A DNA stretch of 64,000 bases, from contig CAVPCU010000008.1 of assembly GCA_963702575.1 (NCBI GenBank), positions 16,451 through 80,450 of the forward strand, read 5' to 3'. Source of the DNA: an uncultured Solirubrobacterales bacterium (GTDB lineage Bacteria > Actinomycetota > Thermoleophilia > Solirubrobacterales > 70-9). Shown here piece by piece: positions 1-8,573 of this stretch; position 1 is the first letter of the stretch, and each line of letters opens with the position of its first letter. Under the pieces are notes generated by a model. That model made no database searches and was not told the DNA's origin. It saw only the letters and a list, made by a program, of their open reading frames with translations. A program made the position numbers and the translations under genes.

Positions 1-852
1 GAGGTCCCGAGCAGCTGGGCCTCGAGGCCCCCTCCCCGGCCCAAGAGTCGTAGCGCCTTTGCGCTCGTGATCTTCACCGAGACCGTCCCCTGGCTGTTGG
101 GGGCGAGGTCGAAGGAAGCGGTGCCGATCAGGGTGGCCTGGGAGGAGCCGCGGCGGAAGTGGCGGCGACCGTGGGTCTGGTCTTGGAGGCGGACAAAGAG
201 CTCGAGGGTCCCGGTGCAACGGGCGCTTCCCGGGCAGAGCAGCCTGATCAGGGCGCTTTCGTTTTGAACCTGGGCGATGCCCGAGGCGAGGGCCGTTCCC
301 TTTTCGAGGGGAGGGGGAGGGGTGACGATCGGCTTGGAGGAGAACTTGGCGACGATCGTCGTGTCTTCTTCGATCGTCACTTTGCAGGCCCCGCTCCCAG
401 AGCAGCCCCCACCGCTCCAGCCCGAGAAGGTAGAGCCGGCGAGCGCAACGGCGGTGAGGCTCACCTTGGCCCCTTCGGGATAGGAGGCGGCGCAGGCCGT
501 GTCGTTGCAGGTGATCAGGCCCGAGCCATTGCCTGAGATCTCGACCGTGAGCGTGAATTCGGGCTTCGGCTTGGATTGGGGGACGAAGCTCGCCGCGAGG
601 GCTTCGTCGCCGTCGATTACGACTTCGCAGGTAGTGGCGGTCGATTCGTCGCACTGAGGGGTCTGCCAGCCGGCGAATTCAGATCCCGCTCCTGGGGACT
701 CGGTCAGGGTGACGTGGGTGCCTTCTTCGTATTCGTGTTCGCAGGCAGCACCGCAGATGATCCCCGCTGGGGAGCTGGTGATCGTGCCGGTTCCGGTTCC
801 GGTCTTTGAGACGGAGAGCTTGAACTTCGGCTTGGCGAGCGGGTTGAACCTG
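1..852. repeat. dispersed repeat: the 3' part of the giant CDS is paralogous to 63146..64000 (the other window edge)
   Basis: Position 1 gaggtcccgagcagctgggc recurs at 63146. Shadow ORFs 277..483 and 576..809 recur at 63425..63631 and 63724..63957 (offset 63148), the latter with an identical 77-aa translation. Confidence 0.85.
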
Positions 853-3800
853 GCGCCGACGTTCTTCGCCGAGCTCATCGTCACCTTGCAGGTTCCAGAA
901 CCGGAGCAGGCCCCGCTCCATTCCTTGAATTCGGAGCCGGGGGAAGCCGCCTGGTTGAGCGTGACTTCAGTCCCTTCTTCGAATTCTGCTTCGCAGGTCG
1001 AGCCGCAGTTGATTCCCGCGGGGGTCGAGGTGATCGTGCCCGAGCCGGTGCCGGCCTTGGCGACGCTCAGCTTGAACTTCGGCTTGGGTTTGAGGTTGAA
1101 GACGGCCTCGACGGACTTCGCTGCGCTCATCGTCACCTTGCAGACCCCAGAGCCCGTGCAGGCGCCGCTCCATTCCTTGAATTCGGATCCCGAGGCAGCC
1201 GCTTGATTGAGCGTGACTTCGGTGCCTTCGTCGAATTCCGCTTCGCAGCCGGCACCCGATCCGCAGGCGATCCCCGCGGGGGTCGAGGTCACGGTGCCCG
1301 CTCCCGTCCCCGACTTGGAGAGGGTCAGCTTGAACTTCGGTTTGACCGTGATGTTGAAGGTGGCCGTCACCGAGCTGTTGGCTTCGAGCGTGAAGGAGCA
1401 GGGCGAGGTCGAGCAGCTGGAGGCTGAGCCCGTACCCGCGCTGAAGCCGGCGAAGGTCGAGCCGGCGTTGGCGGTGGCTATGACTTCCACGGCGGTGCCA
1501 TTGGGTTGGGGGCTAGTGCAGGCTCCTGCCGAGCCGCCGTTGAACTTGCATTTGACTTCACCGGTTCCGGTTCCCGTCTTGGTTATCGAGAGCGTGCGGG
1601 GGATCGGGCTGAAGACGGCCCCGACGGACTTCGCTGCGCTCATCGTCACCTTGCACGCGCCGCTGCCAGAGCAGGCCCCGGTCCATTCTTTGAATTCGGA
1701 GCCCGCGGCCGGCGACTGGTTGAGCGTGACTTCGGTCCCTTCTTCGAATTCGGCTTCGCAGCCGGCACCCGATCCGCAGGCGATCCCCGCGGGGGTCGAG
1801 GTCACGGTGCCCGCTCCCGTTCCCGACTTGGAGAGGGTCAGCTTGAACTTCGGTTTGACCGTGATGTTGAAGGTGGCCGTGACCGAACTGTTGGCTTCGA
1901 GCGTGAAGGAGCAGGGCGAGGTCGAGCAGCTGGAGGCTGAGCCCGTACCCGCGCTGAAGCCGGCGAAGGTCGAGCCGGCGTTGGCGGTGGCTTCGAGTTT
2001 CAGCGCGGTGCCGTTGGGGTAGGAGGCGGCGCAGGGTTCGGCTGAGCCGGCTCCGACTTTGCATTTGACTTCGCCCGTTCCCGTTCCCGCTTTGGTGATC
2101 GAGAGGGTGCGGGGGATGAGGTTGAAGACGGCCCCGACGGATTTGGCCGCGCTGATCGTCACTTTGCAGGCCCCCGAGCCGGTGCAGGCCCCGGTCCATT
2201 CCTTGAATTCAGAGCCCGAGGCGGCCGCCTGGGCGAGGGTGACTTCGGTCCCTTCTTCGTATTCGGCTTCACAGCCCGCGCCCGTGCCGCAGTTGATGCC
2301 TGCGGGGGTTGAGGTGACGGTGCCTGAGCCGGTTCCCGACTTGGAGACGGTCAGCTTGAATTTGGGTTTGACGGCGATGTTGAAGGTCGCGGTGACCGAG
2401 CTGTTGGCTTCGATCGCGAAGGAGCAGGGGGAGGTCGAGCAGCTCGCGGCCGAGCCGGTGCCGGCACTGTAGGCGGCGAAGGTCGAGCCGGGGTTTGCCG
2501 TGGCTTCGAGTTTGAGCGCGGTGCCGTTGGGGTAGGAGGCGGCGCAGGGTTCCGCGGAGCCGGCTCCGACTTTGCATTTGACTTCGCCGGTGCCGGTTCC
2601 CGCTTTGGTGATCGCCAGAGTTCTGGGGATCGGGTTGAAGACGGCGCCGACGGCTTTGGCTGCGCTCATCGTCACTTTGCAGGCGCCGGTGCCCGAGCAG
2701 GCGCCGGTCCATTCTTTGAATTCGGAGCCGGTGGCAGCGGCCTGGGCGAGGGTGACTTCGGTCCCTTCTTCGTATTCGGCTTCACAGCCCGCGCCGCTGC
2801 CGCAGTTGATGCCTGCGGGGGTTGAGGTGACGGTGCCTGAGCCGGTTCCCGACTTGGAGACGGTGAGCTTGAACTTGGGTTTGGCCGTGACGTTGAAGGT
2901 CGCCGTGACCGAGCTGTTGGCTTCGATCGTGAAGGAGCAGGGGCTGGTCGAGCAGGCGGCGGCCGAGCCGGTGCCGGCGCTGTAGGCGGCGAAGGTCGAG
3001 CCGGGGTTTGCCGTGGCTTCGAGTTTGAGCGCGGTGCCGTTGGGGTAGGAGGCGGCGCAGGGTTCCGCGGAGCCGGCTCCGACTTTGCATTTGACTTCGC
3101 CGGTGCCGGTTCCCGCTTTGGTGATCGCCAGAGTTCTGGGGATCGGGTTGAAGACGGCGCCGACGGCTTTGGCTGCGCTCATCGTCACTTTGCAGGCGCC
3201 GGTGCCCGAGCAGGCGCCGGTCCATTCTTTGAATTCGGAGCCGGTGGCAGCGGCCTGGGCGAGGGTGACTTCGGTCCCTTCTTCGAATTCCGCTTCACAG
3301 CCCGCGCCGCTGCCGCAGTTGATGCCTGCGGGCGTGCTGGTGACCGTGCCCGAGCCCGTCCCCGACTTGGAGACCGTCAGCTTGAACTTCGGTTTGGCCA
3401 CGACGTTGAAGGTCGCCGTCAGCGAGCTGTTGGCTTCGAGGGTGAAGGAGCAGGGGGAGGTGGCACAGGAGGCCGCCGAGCCGGTGCCCGCGCTGAAGCC
3501 GGCGAAGGTCGAGCCGGCGTTGGCGGTGGCGAGGACTTCGACCGCGGTGCCGTTAGGCTGGGGGCTGGTGCAGGCTCCGGCCGAGCCGCCGTTGAACTTG
3601 CATTTGACTTCGCCCGTGCCGGTCCCCGTCTTGGTGATCGAGAGGGTGCGGGGGATCAGGTTGAAGACCGCTCCCACAGCTTTGGCGGAGCTCATCGTCA
3701 CCTTGCAGGTCCCAGAGCCCGAGCAGGCCCCGGTCCATTCCTTGAATTCGGAGCCGGCAGCAGGGCTCTCTTTCAGTTCGACTTCGATCCCTTCTTCGAA

Positions 3801-6800
3801 TTCGGCTTCGCAGTTCGCGCCGCTGCCGCAGTTGATTCCGGCGGGGGTGCTGGTCACCGTGCCGCTACCGGTTCCCGACTTCGAGACCGTCAGTTTGAAC
3901 TTCGGTTTGGCTTTTGACACGAAGCTCGCCACCACGCCTTCGTTGCCTTTGAGTTCGACTTCGCAAGTGGTGGCGATCGATTCGTCGCATTGGGGAGTGC
4001 CCCAGCCGTTGAACTGACTGCCCGCCCCCGGGGTCTCGGTGAGAAGGATTTTGGCGCCTTTTGCGTAGCTGCCTTCGCAGGCCGACCCGCCGGCAGAGGT
4101 GCAGCCGGAGATCGTGCCGGAGTCGGCGCTGACCGAGCCTTCGCCGTTGACGGTGACTTTCAGCGTGAAAGTTTCCCCTTCGGGACCGAAGCCGCCTTCA
4201 ACCCGCGCGTCGTAGAGGTCGATCGAGCCCGGGTCGGGCGCCACGAGGCTCGATTCGGTCGTGAAGAAGACGTCGCGGCCGTCTTCGGAGGCCTCCCAGA
4301 ATTCCGATTCATAGGGGCTTTCGCCGCTCGAGATCAGATACAGGCAACCGCCGTTGGCCGCGAAGTAGGAGTGGCTCTCGCTGCTGCAGGAGCCTTCCCC
4401 CGGCGCCTCCCACTCATAGACGTCCATCTGGCCGTTCGTGTCGCGCGGCAAGAGCGCGTCGTAGGAGTTGAAGAAGAGGCGGTTGCCGTTCGCGGCGAGC
4501 GCGCTGGAGGCGTGCAGCGGGTGTTCCCAGGTCGGCAGCCAGGCGGCGGCGGGGACCCCCGACCCGGCCCCTTCTCCGGACCCCGCGTAGGGCAGGCGCA
4601 TCGAGGCCAGCGCCTTTGGCCTCCCCCCGCCCGGGTTGCACGAGGCGCAGCGAAGCGCCCCGCTGGCCGCGTCATAGACGTAGACCTCGACCGCCGGGCG
4701 GCCCGAGGCGGTGTCGGTGTTGTCATAGCCCGTCAACGGCGCGCGGGAGTCAAAGGCGATCGTCTCCCCGTCGGGGCTGACGCGGGTGGCGCGCAGGTAG
4801 GGCTTCGGGCTGGCGAGGTCATAGGGCGCCTCGGTGGCCCCCTGGTCCTCCTGCCCCAGATCGAAGGGGCTTAGCCTGGCGATGAAGGCATAGCGGGGTT
4901 CGCCCCCTTCGCCGCGTTCATAGAGGTAGAGGTTCTCGGCCCCCGCTTCGGCTTCCTCGCCCGCCCCGTTTTGCCCCGCGCCGGCCAGCGCTTCGCGCGA
5001 GACGAAGTAAACGCGCCCCAGGTCGCGCGAGGCGCCGAGGAGGCCCTTCACCCCCGCGGCGAGCGGTCGCGAGGCGCTCGCCGGATCGGCCCCGTAGCGG
5101 CCGAGGTCGAATTCATCGAGCGTCGCCTGGCCGTTTTCGGTGCTGCCGTCGGTGTATAGGGTCCGCGAGCCGTCCGCCGAGGCGGCCCAAAAGCGCGCGC
5201 CGGCCGGGCCGACCGGGACCGTGCATGCCTTCGCCGCTTCCGAGCAGGCGCTGGAGGAGGCCAGGGGGACGGGGCCACTGGTGCCGACGAGGGCGTTTTG
5301 GGAGAGCGTCAGCTTGCCTTCTTCGGCGCCGATGATCTTCGTCGCGAAGGGCAGAAGGCCCGGCGCTTCGATCGTCTGGCCGACCGCGAAGGGCTGGGGC
5401 CCCTTGGAGGTGATCGCCGCCGCTTCGGCGGTGAAGCTCGCCGCTTTGGAGAGGGTGAGGCTGGTGGCCGCCTTGCCGCAGGCCGGCGAGCAGGAGAGGA
5501 TCGTCGTCCCCGAGGGGATCTTGCCCGGCGCGGCGAGCGGCTGGCCGGCGAGGAATTCGCCGAGCGTCGTTTCCTTCAGCGCCACCACCGCCGAGCCTTT
5601 GGTCAGTTCGGCGATTCCCGCGGCGGCAGAGAGCGAGGTCACGGTCGGCGAGCCTTCGGTCAGCTTGCCGGTGCCGCTCGCCCCCCCGGCGGCGAAGCCG
5701 CTTTGGGGCTGGGTGGAGTTCAGCCGCAGGTAGAGCGGCCCGGCGCTCCAGTAGACGCGCGAGCCGTCTTCGGAGACCGCCCCGGCGAGGTCCCCCGCGG
5801 GGCCGCTGCCCGCTTCGCTGGGCGCCGTGGCGGCGGCGGCGTTGGGCAGCACGCTCGCCAGGTGAAGCGCCCCGCCCGAGCTCTCATACAGCCGGGCGGC
5901 GCTGCCCGCCGCGGCGCCGGGGAGGAGCTTGGCGCGGGCGGCGAGGAGCGCGGCGGCGCCGTCGCCGGAGAGGCCCTGCAGGGAGTTGGCGTCCACGTAG
6001 GCGGCTTCGGTCCCCGGCGGGAGTTTGTAGGGGGGGTTGGGGACCAGCGCTTCGAGCCCCCCCTCCCCCGGTTCGCAGTTGGCGCGCCGGTAGAGGTTCG
6101 GGTAGCCGACCTGGCCGCCTTCGACCAGCGGCGGCGCCTGCGGGTCATAGAGCCAGCCGCTGCACAGATCGGCGGAGAAGGCCATGAATTCGCGCCCCTG
6201 GCCGAGGCCGAGGCCTTCACAGCAGGAGCTTCCCGAGAGCGGCGGGTGGATCGCCTGGTCTGCCCAGCCGCCGGCGCCCCGTACGGCGAGGTACTGGTTG
6301 AACTCCAGGCCGGCCGGGGAGCCGGGGAAGGCATCGAGGGAGCTGTAGGTGAGGCGATCGGCGCCGGCGGCGCTCTGCACGTAGCCGCCCGGTTCCCCCG
6401 CCGCGGCGAGCCCCCGCACCACGTCCCCGCCGTTTTTGTCCACCGGGCTGACCATCTCGTATGCCCGGCAGTCGGGCAGGAAGGCCGAGGCTTCGCTGCG
6501 CCGTTCCTGGTTGGGGCATTCGGTTTCCGGGGAGAAGGGCAGGTAGGTGGTGAGGGAGCGCTCGGGGCCTTCGCTCACGCAGCTCGCTGAGGGGTCGGTT
6601 TCGGGGTGGCAGTGGCTTTCGGCGAGGATCCGGAAGTGGTAGGTGGCTCCGGCGGTTAGCCCGGTGAGCTGGAAGCCGACCGTGTGGGCGCTGGGGGCGG
6701 CGTCGATCGAGCCTTCCGGGCTCACGTGTTCGTAGGGGCCCCCCCCGAGGCCCCATTCGAAGCGGTAGGTGGTGGCGGCGCTTTGCGGGTTGATCTGCGC

Positions 6801-8573
6801 CTTCAGGGTCGCTTCGCTTCCCGAGACGTCCTCCGACCAGCTGCCGAGCAGTTCGGGCCTCGAGACCGTCTGGAAGCTTCGGTCTTCGCCCTGGGGGTCG
6901 GCGGGGCCGTTGGGGTTGGCGGCGAGGAGGCGGTAGTGGTAGGCGGTTTCGGAAGAGAGGCCGCTGAGATCGGCATGCACTTCGGCGCTGGCGGTGCCGA
7001 TTTCGGCCGGGGACTCGGCGCAGGGCGCCGAGCTGCCGTAGGCCGTGGTCGGGCCGTATTCGAACTTGCATTCGCTCACTTCCACGCCGTGGGCTTCGAC
7101 CGTGCCGGTCAGCGTCGCCGTCGTCTCCCCGATCGCCTCGGCGGCGCCGCTGGCGACGTCGGGGAGCGGCGCCAGCGGGCCGTAGGCTTCGAGGGGGGAC
7201 TGGGTGCTTCCCTGGTCTGCCAGGTAGACGCGGCCGCTCGCTTCCGCGACGGCGATCCCGCTGCGCGGGGGGCCGGATAAGCGGGTGATCGGCGTGGCGG
7301 GGCTCGATTCGCTGCACCCCGCGGCGTCGTAGTCATAGGTCCCGGCCTGTTCGTTCTTGGAGTCGCTGATCAGCACGTCGCCGTCGCCGGGGTCGACCGC
7401 GACCGCGGTCGTTTCCCCGCTGCGCAGCTGGCAGCGCGGCGCGCCGTTGGGTCCGAGCTCATAGGCGGGGCCGTAGCTAATGCCGGCAAACAGGGCGCCG
7501 GCGCTCGGCCCCGCCCCGGCGGCGAGCTGGCTGGGGCTTTTGACCGCGGTCGAGAACAGCGAGCCGTCGGCGTTCACCGGCGGGTTGGCGCTCGGCGCGT
7601 AGCGGTAGATCTTGTTTTCGCCGCTGTCGGCGACGAAGACCGAGCCGTCGGCGGCCACCGCCACCCCGTCAGGGCGGCTGGCCGAGCCGAAGGGCCCTTC
7701 GGCGCTGCCGCTCAGCTGGCCCAGGTAGGCGCCGGAGGGGGCGAAGACGTCGACCAGGTGAAGGCCCGCGCCGTTCTTCTGGGTGACGTAGATGTCGCCG
7801 TCGGTAGCTCCGCCGGAGCTGTCGACGGCGATCTGCAGTTCGTTGGGGAAGGTGGAGAGCGAGGCGAAGCCGTTCTCGGGGGTCGCGTCGCAGGAGGCCG
7901 CTTCTTCGCCGCAGCTCTTGCCGCCGGGGCCTTTCCTGGCGTCGATGACGGCGCCGCCGAGCGCCGTGAAGGGGTCCGCTTCGCCGTTGGGCTTGAAGCG
8001 GTAGACGCCGGGGGCGCGGCCGCCGGCCTGACGGGCGACCACGCAGGCGCCGGCGCCGCTTTCGCGTTTGCAGGTCAAGAGGCCCAGCGGGGCCTTTTCG
8101 AAGGCGCCGCTGAATTCGATTGCGACTTTGCCGGCGTCGCCGATGACGCTGACGTTGGCGGCGCCGCAGAGCGCCTTGAGTTCGGTTTCGATGCCTGCGA
8201 CGACCAGGCCGAAGCTGGCGTGGTAGGCGATCGCGGCGGTCGAGGCGGCGGAGCATTTGCCGCCGAAGCCGCTCGGCAGGCCTTCCAGTTTGAAGGCGTC
8301 GCCTTCGCCGAAGCCCGAGAAGCTCACGACCTGCTTCTCGTTGCCGCCGGCGTCGAAGACGACCAGGTCGCCGTCGCCCTGGTGAACGGCGACGCTGTAG
8401 GGGCGGGCGAAGGTCGGCTGGCAGGGCGCTTCGCCGATCCCGGTGGGCTGACAGAAGGAGCCCAGGTGGCGATGGACGAGGCCCGCCTGGGCGGCTGGGA
8501 CGGAGAGGGCGAGGAGGGCGAGGGTGGCGCCCGCCAGGGCGAGCGCGGCGCGGCCGCGGGGCGGCGCCCTCAC
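1..8573 (-). CDS. giant secreted multidomain protein (>2857 aa; 3' end leaves the window): signal peptide + NHL-like propeller + 2 Fn3-like domains + PD40/TolB-like propeller core, followed by ~15 Cys-containing divergent InlB B-repeat-like domains
   Basis: GTG at 8573-8571 overlaps the TGA of the upstream ORF (GTGA). The N-terminus VRAPPRGRAALALAGATLALLALSVPAAQA looks like a signal peptide. Codon phase at 8573 equals the phase of GSEFKEW motifs (e.g. GGC at 3755). The track lists no complete ORF in this phase between 1 and 8573, as expected for one open frame leaving the window. 4202-8528 is paralogous to 11649-15975. Confidence 0.8.
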   Translation of the reverse strand, partial: MRAPPRGRAALALAGATLALLALSVPAAQAGLVHRHLGSFCQPTGIGEAPCQPTFARPYSVAVHQGDGDLVVFDAGGNEKQVVSFSGFGEGDAFKLEGLPSGFGGKCSAASTAAIAYHASFGLVVAGIETELKALCGAANVSVIGDAGKVAIEFSGAFEKAPLGLLTCKRESGAGACVVARQAGGRAPGVYRFKPNGEADPFTALGGAVIDARKGPGGKSCGEEAASCDATPENGFASLSTFPNELQIAVDSSGGATDGDIYVTQKNGAGLHLVDVFAPSGAYLGQLSGSAEGPFGSASRPDGVAVAADGSVFVADSGENKIYRYAPSANPPVNADGSLFSTAVKSPSQLAAGAGPSAGALFAGISYGPAYELGPNGAPRCQLRSGETTAVAVDPGDGDVLISDSKNEQAGTYDYDAAGCSESSPATPITRLSGPPRSGIAVAEASGRVYLADQGSTQSPLEAYGPLAPLPDVASGAAEAIGETTATLTGTVEAHGVEVSECKFEYGPTTAYGSSAPCAESPAEIGTASAEVHADLSGLSSETAYHYRLLAANPNGPADPQGEDRSFQTVSRPELLGSWSEDVSGSEATLKAQINPQSAATTYRFEWGLGGGPYEHVSPEGSIDAAPSAHTVGFQLTGLTAGATYHFRILAESHCHPETDPSASCVSEGPERSLTTYLPFSPETECPNQERRSEASAFLPDCRAYEMVSPVDKNGGDVVRGLAAAGEPGGYVQSAAGADRLTYSSLDAFPGSPAGLEFNQYLAVRGAGGWADQAIHPPLSGSSCCEGLGLGQGREFMAFSADLCSGWLYDPQAPPLVEGGQVGYPNLYRRANCEPGEGGLEALVPNPPYKLPPGTEAAYVDANSLQGLSGDGAAALLAARAKLLPGAAAGSAARLYESSGGALHLASVLPNAAAATAPSEAGSGPAGDLAGAVSEDGSRVYWSAGPLYLRLNSTQPQSGFAAGGASGTGKLTEGSPTVTSLSAAAGIAELTKGSAVVALKETTLGEFLAGQPLAAPGKIPSGTTILSCSPACGKAATSLTLSKAASFTAEAAAITSKGPQPFAVGQTIEAPGLLPFATKIIGAEEGKLTLSQNALVGTSGPVPLASSSACSEAAKACTVPVGPAGARFWAASADGSRTLYTDGSTENGQATLDEFDLGRYGADPASASRPLAAGVKGLLGASRDLGRVYFVSREALAGAGQNGAGEEAEAGAENLYLYERGEGGEPRYAFIARLSPFDLGQEDQGATEAPYDLASPKPYLRATRVSPDGETIAFDSRAPLTGYDNTDTASGRPAVEVYVYDAASGALRCASCNPGGGRPKALASMRLPYAGSGEGAGSGVPAAAWLPTWEHPLHASSALAANGNRLFFNSYDALLPRDTNGQMDVYEWEAPGEGSCSSESHSYFAANGGCLYLISSGESPYESEFWEASEDGRDVFFTTESSLVAPDPGSIDLYDARVEGGFGPEGETFTLKVTVNGEGSVSADSGTISGCTSAGGSACEGSYAKGAKILLTETPGAGSQFNGWGTPQCDESIATTCEVELKGNEGVVASFVSKAKPKFKLTVSKSGTGSGTVTSTPAGINCGSGANCEAEFEEGIEVELKESPAAGSEFKEWTGACSGSGTCKVTMSSAKAVGAVFNLIPRTLSITKTGTGTGEVKCKFNGGSAGACTSPQPNGTAVEVLATANAGSTFAGFSAGTGSAASCATSPCSFTLEANSSLTATFNVVAKPKFKLTVSKSGTGSGTVTSTPAGINCGSGAGCEAEFEEGTEVTLAQAAATGSEFKEWTGACSGTGACKVTMSAAKAVGAVFNPIPRTLAITKAGTGTGEVKCKVGAGSAEPCAASYPNGTALKLEATANPGSTFAAYSAGTGSAAACSTSPCSFTIEANSSVTATFNVTAKPKFKLTVSKSGTGSGTVTSTPAGINCGSGAGCEAEYEEGTEVTLAQAAATGSEFKEWTGACSGTGACKVTMSAAKAVGAVFNPIPRTLAITKAGTGTGEVKCKVGAGSAEPCAASYPNGTALKLEATANPGSTFAAYSAGTGSAASCSTSPCSFAIEANSSVTATFNIAVKPKFKLTVSKSGTGSGTVTSTPAGINCGTGAGCEAEYEEGTEVTLAQAAASGSEFKEWTGACTGSGACKVTISAAKSVGAVFNLIPRTLSITKAGTGTGEVKCKVGAGSAEPCAASYPNGTALKLEATANAGSTFAGFSAGTGSASSCSTSPCSFTLEANSSVTATFNITVKPKFKLTLSKSGTGAGTVTSTPAGIACGSGAGCEAEFEEGTEVTLNQSPAAGSEFKEWTGACSGSGACKVTMSAAKSVGAVFSPIPRTLSITKTGTGTGEVKCKFNGGSAGACTSPQPNGTAVEVIATANAGSTFAGFSAGTGSASSCSTSPCSFTLEANSSVTATFNITVKPKFKLTLSKSGTGAGTVTSTPAGIACGSGAGCEAEFDEGTEVTLNQAAASGSEFKEWSGACTGSGVCKVTMSAAKSVEAVFNLKPKPKFKLSVAKAGTGSGTITSTPAGINCGSTCEAEFEEGTEVTLNQAASPGSEFKEWSGACSGSGTCKVTMSSAKNVGARFNPLAKPKFKLSVSKTGTGTGTITSSPAGIICGAACEHEYEEGTHVTLTESPGAGSEFAGWQTPQCDESTATTCEVVIDGDEALAASFVPQSKPKPEFTLTVEISGNGSGLITCNDTACAASYPEGAKVSLTAVALAGSTFSGWSGGGCSGSGACKVTIEEDTTIVAKFSSKPIVTPPPPLEKGTALASGIAQVQNESALIRLLCPGSARCTGTLELFVRLQDQTHGRRHFRRGSSQATLIGTASFDLAPNSQGTVSVKITSAKALRLLGRGGGLEAQLLGT
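1207..3900 (-). repeat. in-frame tandem array of 513-bp units (about 5 copies; each unit = two ~85-aa InlB-B-like domains)
   Basis: Shadow ORFs at 2059, 2572 and 3085 start exactly 513 nt apart with near-identical translations. The motif LNLHLTSPVPVP recurs at 1546/2059/2572/3085/3598. The ORF 1207..2022 repeats itself after 171 aa. Confidence 0.85.
4202..4501. repeat. 300-bp block identical by eye to 11649..11948 (direct repeat, offset 7447)
   Basis: Read base by base; flanks diverge on both sides. The shadow ORFs starting at 4334 and 11781 begin with the same sequence. Confidence 0.85.
6413..8528. repeat. 2116-bp block nearly identical to 13860..15975 (direct repeat, offset 7447)
   Basis: Several shadow ORFs are duplicated with identical translations: 6684..7280=14131..14727, 7109..7336=14556..14783, 7792..8004=15239..15451. 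I found only two mismatches by eye (7623 g vs 15070 t; 8396 t vs 15843 c). Confidence 0.9.

Noticed and set aside
1207-3900. Possible CRISPR array or DGR variable/template repeats, suggested by regular repeats
   Set aside because: The units are 513 bp (and 270 bp at 56341-57120), contiguous, in frame and protein-coding. There is no short repeat/unique spacer alternation. There is no cas gene or reverse transcriptase anywhere in the window, and the differences are not adenine-specific as far as I can see.
709-4017. Plus-strand ORFs across the repeat arrays (709..1206, 1207..2022, 2059..2472, 2572..2985, 3085..4017; likewise 54226..54996, 55697..57019, 57020..58006, 16840..17262)
   Set aside because: They inherit the periodicity of the minus-strand InlB-B-like domains and translate to Pro/Val/Ser/Leu-rich strings without Cys/Trp motifs. 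The minus-strand frame gives the G-x-G-x-V..C..C..GSxF.xW.G.C..C.V.M domain pattern and signal peptides.
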